This document shows, piece after piece, positions 1-15,315 of a DNA stretch of 64,000 bases. Within the stretch, counting starts at the first letter, position 1. Every line of letters begins with the position of its first letter. A program made the translations under genes and the position numbers. The stretch is taken from positions 227,230,001 to 227,294,000 of the forward strand of contig OZ024740.1 in the NCBI GenBank assembly GCA_964016885.1, given 5' to 3'. Below the pieces are notes generated by a model. It had not been told where the DNA came from, did no database searches, and saw only the letters and a program-made list of their open reading frames with translations. This DNA is from Eledone cirrhosa. Its lineage: Eukaryota.

Positions 1-197
1 TCTTTCATCTTTTTCTTTTGTTCTATTTTTGTTGTTCTTTTACATATATATGGGTGCGTGTATGTGTGTGCGTGCGTGTGTGTGTATGTGTGTGTGTGTA
101 GTAAATGATAAGGTGTTCGGAAAGCTGGTATAATGTGGATAGAATTATAAAGGTGGTGGAAAAAAAATATAAAATTAGAATGATATATACATGCATC

Positions 198-256
<59 letters not shown>

Positions 257-1079
257 TTACCCTTCCATCCTTCAAAAATAAGTATAATGCTAATAAGACT
301 TTGTGTTTTGTATCTCATCCCTGTGTTTATGTTGTTATTAACTATCTGTATATAGTTGATGGATGAGAGAAAACAGTCCTCAATCCTGGAGCAGAGTTTA
401 AATAGTCATTTATTACGGCTAAGTAGTGAATCTTGTTAATCTGGAGTTTCACTTGAAAGTACACAGGTGAAATCCCAGTGTAACAAAACTCATTATTTTG
501 CCATAATAAATGAATACACACACACACATGCACACACACATACACAAACATAAAACACAAACTAGAATGTTAATTTATTTAATGTGGCAAGCAAAATAAA
601 ATTAATTAAGTTGATACCCATATAGAGATGAAGTAAACATTGTTGAACAATGCTTAACTAAATCAAACAAAGACAAAATGTGACAAATAAATACCAAAAA
701 ATAAATAATAAAACTGATAGAAAATATTTGTTCAAAAAGAGTTGACACATCAGAGTACCAATTAATTAAAAATCAAAATAGCCAATACAGTGATAGTTTG
801 ATCTTTGGTGAACATTGTGATAGAAAACATAAGTTATTGATTTTGGAGTGGTCTACAACTCAATACAAATAAAGACTGAAATATTTTCTATGGAAAGAGA
901 TTTTTATTTGGTTTCAATGTCTTAAAAAGCAATGTTATATCTTCTATATTATATCTGTAAACTGAAAGTAAAATTGTATTGGGACCAGTTCTTTTAAATA
1001 TTGAGGCTTCCAGTTTTTTGAAAATGGTTTTATTCTGGGAATCATACTGACATTATGAGAAGAGTATATATATATATAT

Positions 1080-1410
1080 GGAGGCACATGGCTTAGTGGT
1101 TAGAGCATTGGCTTTGCAATCGAAAGGTTGTGAGTTCAATTCTCAGACCGGGTGATGTGCAAGACACTTTAATTCACATTGGTCCAGTTTACTCAGCTGT
1201 AGAAATGAGATGATAGGGACTGGGGTCCATATCATTCCACTGTAAAGTGGTCGTGTAGGTGCCATGGCAAAAAAGCACCCAGCACTCACTGTAAATGAGG
1301 TTGGTGTTAGGAAGGGCATCCAGCTGTAGAAATCAAGCCAGAATCAGTTCCCGTCCCACCCTTGCAAGCAGGGAAAAGCAGACGTAAAATGAAATGATGA
1401 TGAAATGATG
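1080..1410 (+). mobile_element. SINE family A (tRNA head + CORE-like domain + RTE-derived tail), with a small internal deletion
   Basis: A box TGGCTTAGTGG, B box GAGTTCAATTC, RTE-like 3' half and (GAT)n tail, flanked by (TA)n. Confidence 0.9.
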
Positions 1411-1463
<53 letters not shown>

Positions 1464-1596
1464 ATCACTGCCTTTTAAAACAAGATAATCTTATACAACA
1501 ATGCCAGAATCAACAGTTTTCCATAAGATGGGGACTTTTCCCAAAGAAATTTGTTTTCGTTTCTGCCACTGCCCACTCTCCTCTATCTTTCTATTT

Positions 1597-1961
1597 CTCC
1601 TTTAATTTCTCATTCTATTTTCTGATGAAGGACTAATGTCCAAAACGTTAAGACACTTTTCCTACTATATCAAGCATAAAAGGAATATATTTCTTCATTT
1701 TACTGTGTCGTTTGCTTTGCTATTTCTGTTTGCCTTTTGCATACATACACACACACATATACACACATATATATAGCCAACTGTATACGCACGTGTATTC
1801 TTTTTCTCCACAATTGTTTTCTCATTTTCCCCATTCCTTCCTCTCATCTTCTATTTTTAACTCTATCTTCTGATGAAGGTCTAGTGTCCAAAACGTTAAG
1901 ACGCTCCTCCTGCTATTTCAAGCATTAAACTAATATATTTCTTCTATGTACTGAGCCGTTT
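1597..1961 (+). mobile_element. Two diverged direct repeats (248-bp spacing), each with a degenerate minimal hammerhead motif; Penelope/retrozyme-like remnant
   Basis: CTGATGAAGGACTAATGTCCAAAACGTTAAGA at 1622 and CTGATGAAGGTCTAGTGTCCAAAACGTTAAGA at 1870, with shared downstream sequence. A related fragment lies at ~39618-39680. Confidence 0.6.
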
Positions 1962-4064
1962 GTATATATATATATATATATATATACCATGTTGTTTTGA
2001 AATATATTTCTTGAACCACACAGCTATGCTTCCACCTCATATTCATCAACTTTTAAATAATATCTTCTGTTTCATAGTAAGTTTCATACATAGAAGGAAA
2101 CAAAAGGATTTAGAAACAAAGTTGTACATAATATGAGAAAAAGGTGATAGATTTCTCTCGAATCTTTTCTTTTTGGCTAGAACCAGGCTAAGCCATCTTG
2201 ATTTTATTGGTTTTTTTCCTTTTCTTCTCCTTTTGTTTCTAGTTTTGTCTGTTTGTTAGTTTGTTTGTTAAATTGTTTCCCTGCTTTTTGTTGGCACTTA
2301 TTTCTTGGAGAAACAAAAGGAATAGTTAGACAAGGTGAGTTTTCATTTTCCCCTTCAATGGAGAAAGTTCGTAAAAATTCATCAATCAAGGTATGAGCTG
2401 AAGGATTTTCTGTTCAACCATTATCTCAGGCAGTAAAAACCCACTGAAGCAGCAGTGATTACTACTAGAAGAAGGCCAAAAATAAATAAAAGTAGGGTAT
2501 ATAGATTTTGAGCTGGAGAATAAATAATGGCATTTGCTTCATACACACATTTGATATAGAGTGGAAATCTATTGCAGCTTGCTTTATTTTTACTTTCAGT
2601 TTTCCATTGCTTAATCATAAATAAAACTGGCTATGTCCTTTTACATTAAGAATTACCATTACTCTTTCTGAAATTTTCTTCCTTTACCAAATTATTTCAG
2701 TGATTTTCTTTTAATGACATCAGATTTTAGTTATTTATTGAATGTTTCACGATTTGATAATGGTTTGATCTTTTAGTTACTTTGAACTCAACTTGATTAT
2801 ACAATTTGTATTCTCACTTCTTCTCTTGACATCCGTAGAAGGACAGGCTTTTGGAGGTTATTTTTATGGCATTTATATTTATATTTAGGAAGATAATTCC
2901 CATGAGAAATTTCATCAACGTTGTCTGGTTTTCCTGTTGAAAATTATTTCTGATGTTTCGTATAGGTAGAATAATTGTACTGTAAGTTTGGTAACATGTC
3001 GAGTGAACTCTTAGGTTATTAACCAGCAAGTGGAAGTTGTAGATATAATGTATTTATGAAGTATTTTTACTTCATTTGTTACTAAAGATTAATTGCTTTG
3101 GTTTGTTTACTTTTAGTGTGGGAAATAATTGATTTACATTCATTAAGCATCTTTGTAAGAATTATGCTCTGGTAAAAAATACGAGGGTACATTAATCCTG
3201 ACTAGAAAATATATCATTTGTCTGATGCTCAACAGGTTTACTGCTACCTGAAATCAGATCTCAAACTCATTACTATTGTACAAGACATTATTAGCTGACT
3301 AGAGAAAAACAAATTCTTACTTAATTGAAGTCTACATCCTAATGTGAATCAGCAAATAAAATGAACCAATAAATGAACAACTGTGATTCATTTCTGGAGT
3401 TCATAAATCTCTCTTTGATGAAAATGAAAGAGGCTAATAGGTCTCAGAAACAGCAAAGCTAAAATTGGTGGAAGAGAGCTGAAACACACAAAAGATATAA
3501 TGATAAAAAACAGACACAGTTTGTTTTTCAGTAATGTAACACTTGGAGCAATCAGGGATAGTGCTGCTGCTACACACACAAACATCTTAGATTGTGTCCA
3601 ATAAAAAGCCACTTGACTGATTAGCATAAAGTCACTCATCAACACACTCCAACCAGTCAGTTACAAATATACTGTCTCCTCTATCTGGGTTTTTCTACTG
3701 CTACTACAGTGATCTCTTCTTCTCACTACTGGTTGGCCCATATCTATTCAGGCATCCCTGACTTATTTGTCTCTTCTTTCTTTATTATGTCAAACCTTTC
3801 AGCTCCTGTAATCATAATTACATTCGTTCATGTTAGTAAGTCTAATTCTTCAACCAACCATTCATTTATAAGATGATAAAAACTGCTAGAAATAAAACTA
3901 TTACAAATAAAATTTAGAAATAACAGCCAAATTTTCATCAAATAATATTCCATTGTCTTAAAATTCTATGACATACTAGACAAAGTGATATCCAGAAAAG
4001 GGTGGGATAGACATAGTGGGAAAAACTTTGATAATACATCTGTTTGATCAATGATGACTTAGAC

Positions 4065-4490
4065 CAGGCATCAGCAACTTCTTTGCCTCCATGGGCCGGA
4101 TGAAGGCCATAAAAGAATAATTATGGAAAATTACACAAGTTAAAATTTAATCACGAGTGTTGACTATACTTTTAAATAATTTGTATTAACCAAAGATGAA
4201 TGCAGTAATGGAAAAACATCATTTATTCAATTTAAGACATCGTTGTTTTGAAATATGTTTAAAAAATCTTTGAAATACATAGCAGCCAAAAAATTAATGG
4301 GAAACTTGATGTTTTTTGTTCCTTGAAAGCTTCTCAGTATTAGGCTTCAAACTTGTTTGATGCCAACAGCAAGATATTATCTCATCTATCATATTACAAT
4401 AAATTTAAATTTTAAATAAACAACTCATTGGGCATCAGTTCTCGTGGGCCGGTCAAAATCCCTTTGTAGGCCGTAGGTTGCCAACCCCTG
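4065..4490. mobile_element. Non-autonomous hAT (Charlie-like) MITE
   Basis: Imperfect TIRs CAGGCATCAGCAAC / GTTGCCAACCCCTG, subterminal GGGCCGG motifs, and an 8-bp TSD ACTTAGAC/ATTTAGAC with one mismatch. Confidence 0.75.
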
Positions 4491-4572
4491 ATTTAGACTA
4501 AACAACCATATGTACTACATCACAGGAAGTAGAACATTTGTTGTTTTGTTTTAAATAAAACTATATTTAGTA

Positions 4573-7500
4573 CAGCATCAACAGCAACAATAACATCAAC
4601 AACAGCAGCAACAATAACATCAACAACAGCAGCAACAATAAAACCATCAGCAGCATCATCATCAATAACATCATCAACAGCAGCATCAATAACACCATCA
4701 ACAGCAGCAATAACATCATCAACAGCATCATCAATAATAACATCCACAGCATCATCAATAACATCAACAGCATCATCAATAACAGCATAAACAGCAGCAA
4801 TAACATCATCAACAGCATCAACAATAACATCATAAACAGCAGCATCAATAACATCGTCAACAGCAGCATCAATAACATCATCAACAGCAGCATCAATAAC
4901 ATCATCAACAGCAGCAACAATAACACCATCAACAGCAGCATCAATAACATCATCAACAACATCATCAATAACATCATCAACAGCAGCATCAATAACATCA
5001 TCAACAGCAACATCAATAACACCATCAACAGCAGCATCAATAACATCATCAACAGCATCATCAATAACATCATCAACAGCAACATCAATACCATCATCAA
5101 CAGCATCATCAATAACATCAACAACAGCATCATCAATAACATCAACAACAGCATCATCAATAACATCATCAACAGCAGCATCAATAACATCATCAACAGC
5201 ATCATCAATAACATCATCAACAGCAGCATCAATAACATCATCAACAGCATCATCAATAACATCATCAACAGCAGCAATAACATCATCAACAGCATCATCA
5301 ATAACATCATCAACAGCAGCATCAATAACATCAACAACAGCAGCATCAATAACATCCTCAACAGCATCATCAATAACATCATCAACAGCAGCATCAATAA
5401 CATCATCAACAGCATCATCAATAACATCATAAACAGCATCATCAATAACATCATCAACAGCAGCATCAATAACATCATAAACAGCAGCAATAATAACATC
5501 ATAAACAACAGCATCATCAATAACATCATCAACAGCAGCATCAATAACATCAACAACAGCAGCATCAATAACATCATCAACAGCAGCAATAATAACATCA
5601 TCAACAGCATCATCAATAACATCATCAACAGCATCATCAATAACAGCATAAACAGCAGCATCAATAACATCATCAACAGCATCATCAATAACATCATAAA
5701 CAGCATCATCAATAACATCATCAACAGCAGCATCAATAACATCATAAACAGCAGCAATAATAACATCATAAACAACAGCATCATCAATAACATCATCAAC
5801 AGCAGCATCAATAACATCAACAACAGCAGCATCAATAACATCATCAACAGCAGCAATAATAACATCATCAACAGCAGCATCAATAACATCATCAACAGCA
5901 TCATCAATAACAGCATAAACAGCAGCATCAATAACATCATCAACAGCAGCATCAATAACATCAAAAACAGCAGCATCAATAACATCATCAACAGCATCAT
6001 CAATAACAGCATAAACAGCAGCATCAATAACATCATCAACAGCAGCATCAATAACATCATCAACAGCAGCAATAACATCGTCAACAGCAGCATCAATAAC
6101 ATCATCAACAGCAGCATCAATAACATCATCAACAGCAGCAATAACATCGTCAACAGCAGCATCAATAACATCATCAACAGCAGCATCAATAACATCATCA
6201 ACAGCATCATCAATAACATCATAAACAGCAGCATCAATAACATCATCAACAGCAGCATCAATAACATCATCAACAGCATCATCAATAACATCATCAACAG
6301 CAGCATCAATAACATCATCAACAGCATCAACAATAACATCATCAACAGCAGCATCAATAACATCATCAACAGCATCATCAATAACATCATCAACAGCATC
6401 ATCAATAACATCATCAACAGCAGCAATAATAACATCATAAACAGCAGCATCAATAACATCATCAACAGCATCATCAATAACATCATCAACAGCAGCATCA
6501 ATAACATCATAAACAGCAGCAATAATAACATCATCAACAGCAGCAATAACATCATCAACAGCAGCATCAATAACATCATGAACAGCATCATCAATAACAT
6601 CATCAACAGCAGCAATAATAACATCATCAACAGCATCATCAATAACATCATCAACAGCAGCATCAATAACATCATCAACAGCAGCATCAATAACATCATA
6701 AACAGCAGCAATAATAACATCATCAACAGCAGCATCAATAACATCATCAACAGCAGCAATAACATCATCAACAGCATCATCAATAACATCATCAACAGCA
6801 GCATCAATAACATCATAAACAGCAGCAATAATAACATCATCAACAGCAGCATCAATAACATCATCAACAGCAGCAATAACATCATCAACAGCATCATCAA
6901 TAACATCATCAACAGCAGCATCAATAACATCATAAACAGCAGCAATAATAACATCATCAACAGCAGCATCAATAACATCATCAACAGCAGCAATAACATC
7001 ACCAACAGCATCATCAATAACATCATCAACAGCATCATCAATAACATCATAAACAGCAGCAATAATAACATCATCAACAGCAGCATCAATAACATCATCA
7101 ACAGCAGCAATAACATCACCAACAGCAGCATCAATAACATCATCAACAGCATCATCAATAACATCATCAACAGCAGCAATAATAACATCATCAACAGCAG
7201 CAGCAATAACATCATCAACAGCAGCATCAATAACATCATAAACAGCAGCAATAATAACATCATCAACAGCAGCATCAATAACATCATCAACAGCAGCAAT
7301 AACATCATCAACAGCATCATCAATAACATCATCAACAGCCGCATCAATAACATCATCAACAGCAGCAATAATAACATCATAACAGCAGCATCAATAACAT
7401 CATCAACAGCATCATCAATAACATCATCAACAGCATCATCAATAACATCATAAACAGCAGCAATAATAACATCATCAACAGCATCATCAATAACATCATC

Positions 7501-9700
7501 AACAGCAGCATCAATAACATCATAAACAGCAGCAATAATAACATCATCAACAGCAGCATCAATAACATCATCAACAGCATCATCAATAACATCATCAACA
7601 GCATCATCAATAACATCATAAACAGCAGCAATAATAACATCATCAACAGCAGCAATAATAACATCATCAACAGCAGCATCAATAACATCATCAACAGCAT
7701 CATCAATAACATCATCAACAGCATCATCAATAACATCATCAACAGCAGCATCAATAACATCAACAACAGCAGCATCAATAACATCATCAACAGCATCATC
7801 AATAACAGCATAAACAGCATCATCAATAACATCATCAACAGCATCATCAATAACATCATCAACAGCATCATCAATAACATCATAAACAGCAGCATCAATA
7901 ACATCATCAACAGCAGCATCAATAACATCATCAACAGCATCATCAATAACATCATCAACAGCAGCAATAATAACATCATCAACAGCATCATCAATAACAT
8001 CATCAACAGCATCATCAATAACATCATCAACAGCATCATCAATAACATCATAAACAGCATCATCAATAACATCATAAACAGCAGCAATAATAACATCATC
8101 AACAGCAGCATCAATAACATCATCAACAGCATCATCAATAACATTATAAACAGCAGCAATAATAACATCATCAACAGCAGCATCAACAACATCATCAATA
8201 ACATCATCAACAGCAGCAATAATAACATCATCAACAGCAGCATCAATAACATCATCAACAGCAGCAATAATAACATCATCAACAGCAGCAATAATAACAT
8301 CATAAACAGCAGCAATAATAACATCATCAACAGCATCATCAATAACATCATAAACAGCAGCAATAATAACATCATCAACAGCAGCATCAATAACATCATC
8401 AACAGCAGCATCAATAACATCATAAACAGCATCATCAATAACATCATAAACAGCAGCAATAATAACATCATCAACAGCAGCATCAATAACATCATCAACA
8501 GCAGCAATAACATCATCAACAGCAGCATCAATAACATCATCAACAGCATCATCAATAACATCATCAACAGCATCATCAATAACATCATCAACAGCATCAA
8601 CAATAACATCAACAACAGCATCATCAATAACATCATCAACAGCATCATCAATAACATCATAAACAGCAGCAATAATAACATCATCAACAGCAGCATCAAT
8701 AACCACATCAACAGCATCATCAATAACATCATCAACAGCATCATCAATAACATCATCAACAGCAGCAATAATAACATCATCAACAGCATCATCAATAACA
8801 TCATAAACAGCAGCATCAATAACATCATAAACAGCAGCAATAATAACATCATCAACAGCAGCATCAATAACATCATCAACAGCATCATCAATAACATCAT
8901 CAACAGCATCATCAATAACATCATCAACAGCAGCAATAATAACATCATCAACAGCATCATCAATAACATCATAAACAGCAGCATCAATAACATCATCAAC
9001 AGCATCATCAATAACATCATCAACAGCATCATCAATAACATCATAAACAGCAGCAATAATAACATCATCAACAGCAGCATCAATAACATCATCAACAGCA
9101 TCATCAATAACATCATCAACAGCATCATCAATAACATCATCAACAGCAGCAATAATAACATCATCAACAGCATCATCAATAACATCATAAACAGCAGCAT
9201 CAATAACATCATCAACAGCATCATCAATAACATCATCAACAGCAGCAATAATAACATTATCAACAGCATCATCAATAACATCATCAACAGCATCATCAAT
9301 AACATCATCAACAGCATCATCAATAACATCATCAACAGCAGCATCAATAACATCATCAACAGCATCATCAATAACATTATAAACAGCAGCAATAATAACA
9401 TCATCAACAGCAGCATCAACAACATCATCAATAACATCATCAACAGCATCATCAATAACATCATAAACAGCAGCATCAATAACATCATTAACAGCAGCAT
9501 CAATAACATCATCAACAGCAGCATCAATAACATCATAAACAGCAGCATCAATAACATCATCAAAAGCAGCATCAATAACATCGTCAACAGCAACATCAAT
9601 AACAGTATAAACAGCATCATCAATAACATCATCAACAGCAGCATCAACAACATCATAAACAGCAGCATCAACAACACCCTCAACAATATCAGCAGCAGCC
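4573..9700. repeat. ~5.1-kb minisatellite of 21-24-bp units (AACAGCAGCATCAATAACATCATC and variants)
   Basis: Directly visible tandem array built from triplet words. Confidence 0.97.
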
Positions 9701-9751
9701 CCAGCATCATGTTTAAAATTATTGATAGTGCATTCTTTGGGATAAAATATA

Positions 9752-10066
9752 TTTTAAAAAAAATGAATATATAAATAATGAAAAAAATGAATATATAAAT
9801 AATTGTTTCTACTTTAAGCACAAGGCCAGCAAATACCCAGTGCATTACTGGTACTTTATTTTATCGACCCCGTAAGGATGAAAGGCATAGTCAACCTCGG
9901 CGAGATTGAATGAATATATAAATAATAAAAAAAAATGAATATATAAATAATGAAAAAAATGAATATATAAATAATGAAAAAAACTGAATATATAAATAAT
10001 GAAAAAAACTGAATATATAAATAATGAAAAAAATGAATATATAAATAATGAATATATAAATAAAAA
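9752..10066. repeat. ~24-bp AT-rich minisatellite (AAATGAATATATAAATAATGAAAA) interrupted by a minus-strand SINE B 3' fragment (9797-9908)
   Basis: Repeat units occur on both sides of the reverse-complemented SINE B core and tail. Confidence 0.8.
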
Positions 10067-10494
10067 CTTTAAACATTCCATCAAAACAAGAAATATTTTT
10101 TATCCCTTACCTTAACAATATCAACCTCTTATGCTTTTTATTGTTTGTCTTAGTCCCTAGAGTTTTACTTCTGTAGAATACTCTAGAAACATTGACAGTT
10201 CCATTCATAATGTCTTACCAATGACAAAGTCTATAGATCTTGTATAGATCTCTAAAGAAGAAATACAGTCCAAGCAAGAGGCAATCAAAAGATTATATGG
10301 AAACTGTATTGACAATAAGAAGATTACAGTGAATAAAAGTATGTATATGTGAGTATATTAATGAAGAGACAAACGTGTATGTGTATATATATGAATGTGT
10401 GTATATGTGTGTATATGTGTGTGTGTGTAATATATACATGTACATATAGGTGTTCGAGTGGCATGCATATATAAATGTATATATAGCTGTTCGA

Positions 10495-10846
<352 letters not shown>

Positions 10847-11193
10847 ATACACTCATATTGTACAAAACATCTTTTAACCATAAGTTTCTAGTTACTTCTT
10901 ATCAGTTAACAATGCCAGCCAGCCAAGCTAAAGAAGTTTACTTGAGTTTGTTTGTTATTTATACCATTTTCTTTTTTAAACATATGCTAAGATAACCATC
11001 ATTTAAAGGTTTGTCTCTACAAACGAGAAATACAAGGGCATAATTCTGAATTGATTTATTAGATAACTGTCAATCATTTTGTCATCTGTGTTCGACAGAT
11101 ATTTTTTCTCTCCTAAGCAAAATGCACTATAATTTTTTCCCATAAATTTGAAATGTAATACCCAATATTTATCTCTCTCTCTCTCTCTCTGTA

Positions 11194-11224
<31 letters not shown>

Positions 11225-11306
11225 ATATGTATGTGTATCTTTGTGTGTGTGCAAACATATGTGTGTATAAACACACACACAGACACACACATATATATAT
11301 ATATAT

Positions 11307-11662
11307 GGAGGCACATGGCTTAGTGGTTAGAGCATTGGGCTTGCAATCGAAAGGTTGTGAGTTCAATTCTCAGACCGGTTTGGGTGATGTGTTGTTTCCT
11401 TGAGCAAGACACTTTATTTCACATTGCTCCAGTTTACTCAGCTGTAGAAATGAGATGATAGGACTGGGCTCCCTATTATTCCACTCCAAAATGGTCGTGT
11501 AGGCGCCATGGAAAAAAAAAGCACCCAGCACTCACTGTAAATGAGGTTAGTGGTAGGAAGAGCATCCAGTTGTAGAAATCAAGCCAGAATCAGTTCCCGT
11601 CTTACCCTTGCAAGCAGGGAAAAGCAGACGTAAAATGATGATGAAAATGATGATGATGATGA
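11307..11662 (+). mobile_element. SINE family A
   Basis: Near-identical to the other family A copies; follows (TA)n. Confidence 0.9.
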
Positions 11663-11857
11663 TATATATTGAAGGAGGTGTTTTATGTAAAATCATACAT
11701 AGAAACAGTCAAACATTAACTGCTGAATGAGTACTCAATACATATGAGTAGACTATAGGTTATAGACTTATATATATATTCAAAAATATATGCAACACAT
11801 CAAAATATATACCTACATATCTACTTAGAAAAACTGGCATGCATATATGTATACAGT

Positions 11858-13250
11858 CCTCATCATCATTTTTCCAAATGCTTTTTTATGCCAGCATAAA
11901 TTGGATGGGTTGTCTGTCACAGACCAACTCAGTTACTCGTACATTCCATTTAGGCATGATGTCTGGGGCTGGATGCCTCTCCTACATCAACCACTTTACA
12001 ATGTGTAGCAAGTGTATTGTATCATGGCACCAGCACTAAAGAAGTTATCTTAACTCCAGCAAGACTCGAGAGTCCTCCCTGCCCTACTCTGTCTCTCTGT
12101 GTATCTATTGATTCACCAGCCTGTTTAGAGTTTGTACTGAATGTATTTTATCATGGTTCATGCGCAATAATAGTTGTCTTGCTCTTAAGAAGACTACAGT
12201 GTCCTCTCTACCATACATTCTCTTTGTTTGGTTATTTACCAGAAAGTTATCAGATCCTGGCAGGTAGAAGAGAAAGTGAGGAAAGAGAACCAAAATGAGA
12301 ATGTGATAGAAGGTGATAGAATAATAGAAGAGAACCAAAATGATAGTTGTGAGAGGGTGATAGAGAAGAGAGTAAAGGAAACCAGACAGCTATACAATGG
12401 TTGTTGGTAAGTAAATATAATAGGAACAATATGAGCTACATGATCAGAGGAAGGGATAGAAGAGGGAGTACTAGAAGTAAGAGAATGGTTGGAGAGGGTG
12501 ATAGGATAGAGTCTGATAGATGCCAATAGTGAATGATAGAGGAGTGAGTAATGTAAATCGGTGGGGGATGGGTGATGGTAAAGACATAAGTGAAATAGAT
12601 AATTAAGTGTAATGAGTGATATAGGAGAGGGAAATGGGGAAAGGAAGATGGCTAGCAATAAAGAAGGTACAATGGTAAAGGAGGAATGATTATGGACTGA
12701 TATAATGTGATACCATACCTCATAACAGGGGCACTGTGATGGGGATGAGAGATATGTAATAACAAGGAGATACATTGATTGATAAAACAGGTATGAGTTA
12801 GAAAGAGCCAAATAGTGGAATATTGGAAGAGGCCCAAATGTAACTATTTTACATCTCAATATCCATGAAAATCCCTAACATAAATTTTTACATTCATTTT
12901 CCATGCTTACATTCTTACACTGGCTACTGTGCATTCAGATTACAAAGCTCCATTCCTAATTAGGTCGTCAAGGTGGTAAAAGTTATTAACTACTTCTCAT
13001 GCCTTTTTGGAGTATTTGGAGGAATTTACCTCATGCATACCCATATCACTGACTGCACCCATTCATGAGCCATATCAAGACTACCTGCCTCATTAGCCTG
13101 CCTGGGATCTCACTACACCTCTTGTGTGTCTATAGTTTACAATAGGTATACTGTATGGATTTTCTACCAACTCCTTTTCTGCATATCAAGTATGGCCATT
13201 TACTTGATGGTTCTGCTTTCTCTTCTTTTCTTCTAACTATAACTTTAGTA
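11858..13250 (-). pseudogene. Decayed RTE LINE copy: 3' tail remnant (~11858-12050) and RT/PHD coding remnant (~12975-13250)
   Basis: Minus strand translates as KVIVRRKEEKAEPSSKWPYLICRKGVGRKSIQYTYCKL*THKRCSEIPGRLM, homologous to KVLVCRKENKAAVPSGKWSCSACRKGVGRNSILCPKCKVWVHKRCSGITGRLT in the intact ORF. Whether the intervening purine-rich DNA belongs to the element is uncertain. Confidence 0.7.
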
Positions 13251-13997
13251 GCATAAGTATAGATAGTAAGAAACTGAAACTAAACCTCCTTTTCAAACCA
13301 CAAAATTAAGGAAGTACATTAATATTCCATGGTGGCAGACAAATCTTACAACTCTTCCCTTCAATATTTCAAACTGCAGGAACAGAAATTAGACATCAGA
13401 ATTGTGAGGTAACAAAACACTTGTCACTTCACAATGCTGTCACTAGTAACCATAGTGAATTATAGTACATGAACTATTCACTCCCAGTTAAGTAAATTTG
13501 GTCATGCACTTGATGTAGTGGAAAGGGTAAGGTATGAAGAGGTAACTCTTAACAGGTTTTCTAGTACTCTCAATTTGGTCAACACTTTCGACAATATGTA
13601 TCTGTGTGTAAAGATATGAATACTTTTGTGACATCTGACTTTACAGCATAATTCACATATCAAAATAGTCCCAAGGTTAATATCCTGGAACAGATATTTT
13701 TGTATTGTATCCTTAGAGAAAACACTTGAGCAATCGTAAATGACAACCAAGTTTGTGTCATCCTCTAGATATTACAATACAAAAACCAACTAGAGTATTA
13801 ACCAAGTGAGGCATTCTGTTAACTGTGCAAACAAGGTTTTTCATAGCAACATATTTACATCATTGTCTAAACAAACAGCTTCTTCTACATACCACCTAAA
13901 CTATTTTATATTTTGTTGCTTAACACCTTCATCATCATCATCATCATCATCATCATAGATTTGCTGAATCAGGGCATAATGGTGCTATACAATAATG

Positions 13998-14033
<36 letters not shown>

Positions 14034-14329
14034 CCATGGTCCCAGTGAAAATATTCTAATATTCAACTTGATTCAACTTAATGTTGACTCATTTGTATTA
14101 TTGTCAATGACAGCTGGTGGCTGGCACACCCATCCATCATTTATTATCAACTAACCAATCTCATTATTCTAATTATAATTCTTATTATTATTGCTATTAT
14201 TATTACTAACCTTTTTTTTTATTTCGCCTATCATAAATATTCGATTCTCTCATGACAGATTAAGTAAGCCTGAGTACAATGCCCAAAGCTCTCTCTCTCT
14301 CTCTCTCTCTCTCACCCCCCTCTCTCCTC

Positions 14330-14444
<115 letters not shown>

Positions 14445-15315
14445 GCTTGCAGAGAATCTGAAAAAGAATTTCCTTTGTGAGAAATAAATGGTTAATTTTG
14501 TATGTCAGGAATTCAAGATTTATGAGTTGTGAATACTTGCAGTTCTTTTCTCAGTAGTAATTTTGGAGAAACATCCTTTCTCTAAGGTCAACTTTAATTC
14601 TGTTGCTTCAATACTATAAATCTTTCTCCAAAGTTCAGCCAAGTAATTAACATGGCTTGTAAAGGTTCACAGATTTTTGGAGTATGACAAAAAGTTCAGG
14701 CACGGTCTTTGAACTATTGCTAGCAAATCATATATATTATACATATTTGGTGTTTTGTATTTGTGTCAGGAAGCAGAAAGAAAGAGGATGAAGTAGATCA
14801 TTTTATATATAACTCCAAAAACTTTGCTTATAGCCAAAAGTTAATATTGAAATAATCAAAACTTTGCTATACCATATAACAAATTGCTGTTACTGGGTTG
14901 GTTCAAAGTTAGGTGACCATTATAATGGTATTGATTCCCAACATTATCTTCATCACCATCAGCATTCTATTTTCATTATCATTATTTCCTCTTTGCTTTC
15001 TGATTATAATCTCATCATGATTATAGTAATACTGAGTAGAAAGAGGAGGAGGGGGAAGGAGGGGTAGAGGAGGAGGAACAATAAGAGGTGGGGAGGATGA
15101 GGCAGTAGCAGTAATAGTAGTAGTAGTAGTAGTAGTAATAGTAATAGTACTAGTAGTAGCAGCAGCAGCAGCAGCAGCAGCAGTGTAGTAGTAGTGGTAG
15201 TTGTTGTTGTTGTTGTTGTAAGAGGAGGAGTAGGAGGAGGGGAGGAAGGTTAATAGCTGTGGTGAGAACTGTGAGAGTTATTGAATGTAGCAACAATAAT
15301 AACAGTGGCACCACT

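Noticed and set aside
1080-1150. tRNA gene at the SINE heads
   Set aside because: A and B boxes are present but there is no complete cloverleaf, and the head is always fused to the CORE domain and tail.
4567-9845. 1379-aa and 822-aa ORFs
   Set aside because: They are translations of a triplet minisatellite (poly M/L, D/A/V/I) with no domain, and the repeat frame switches mid-ORF.
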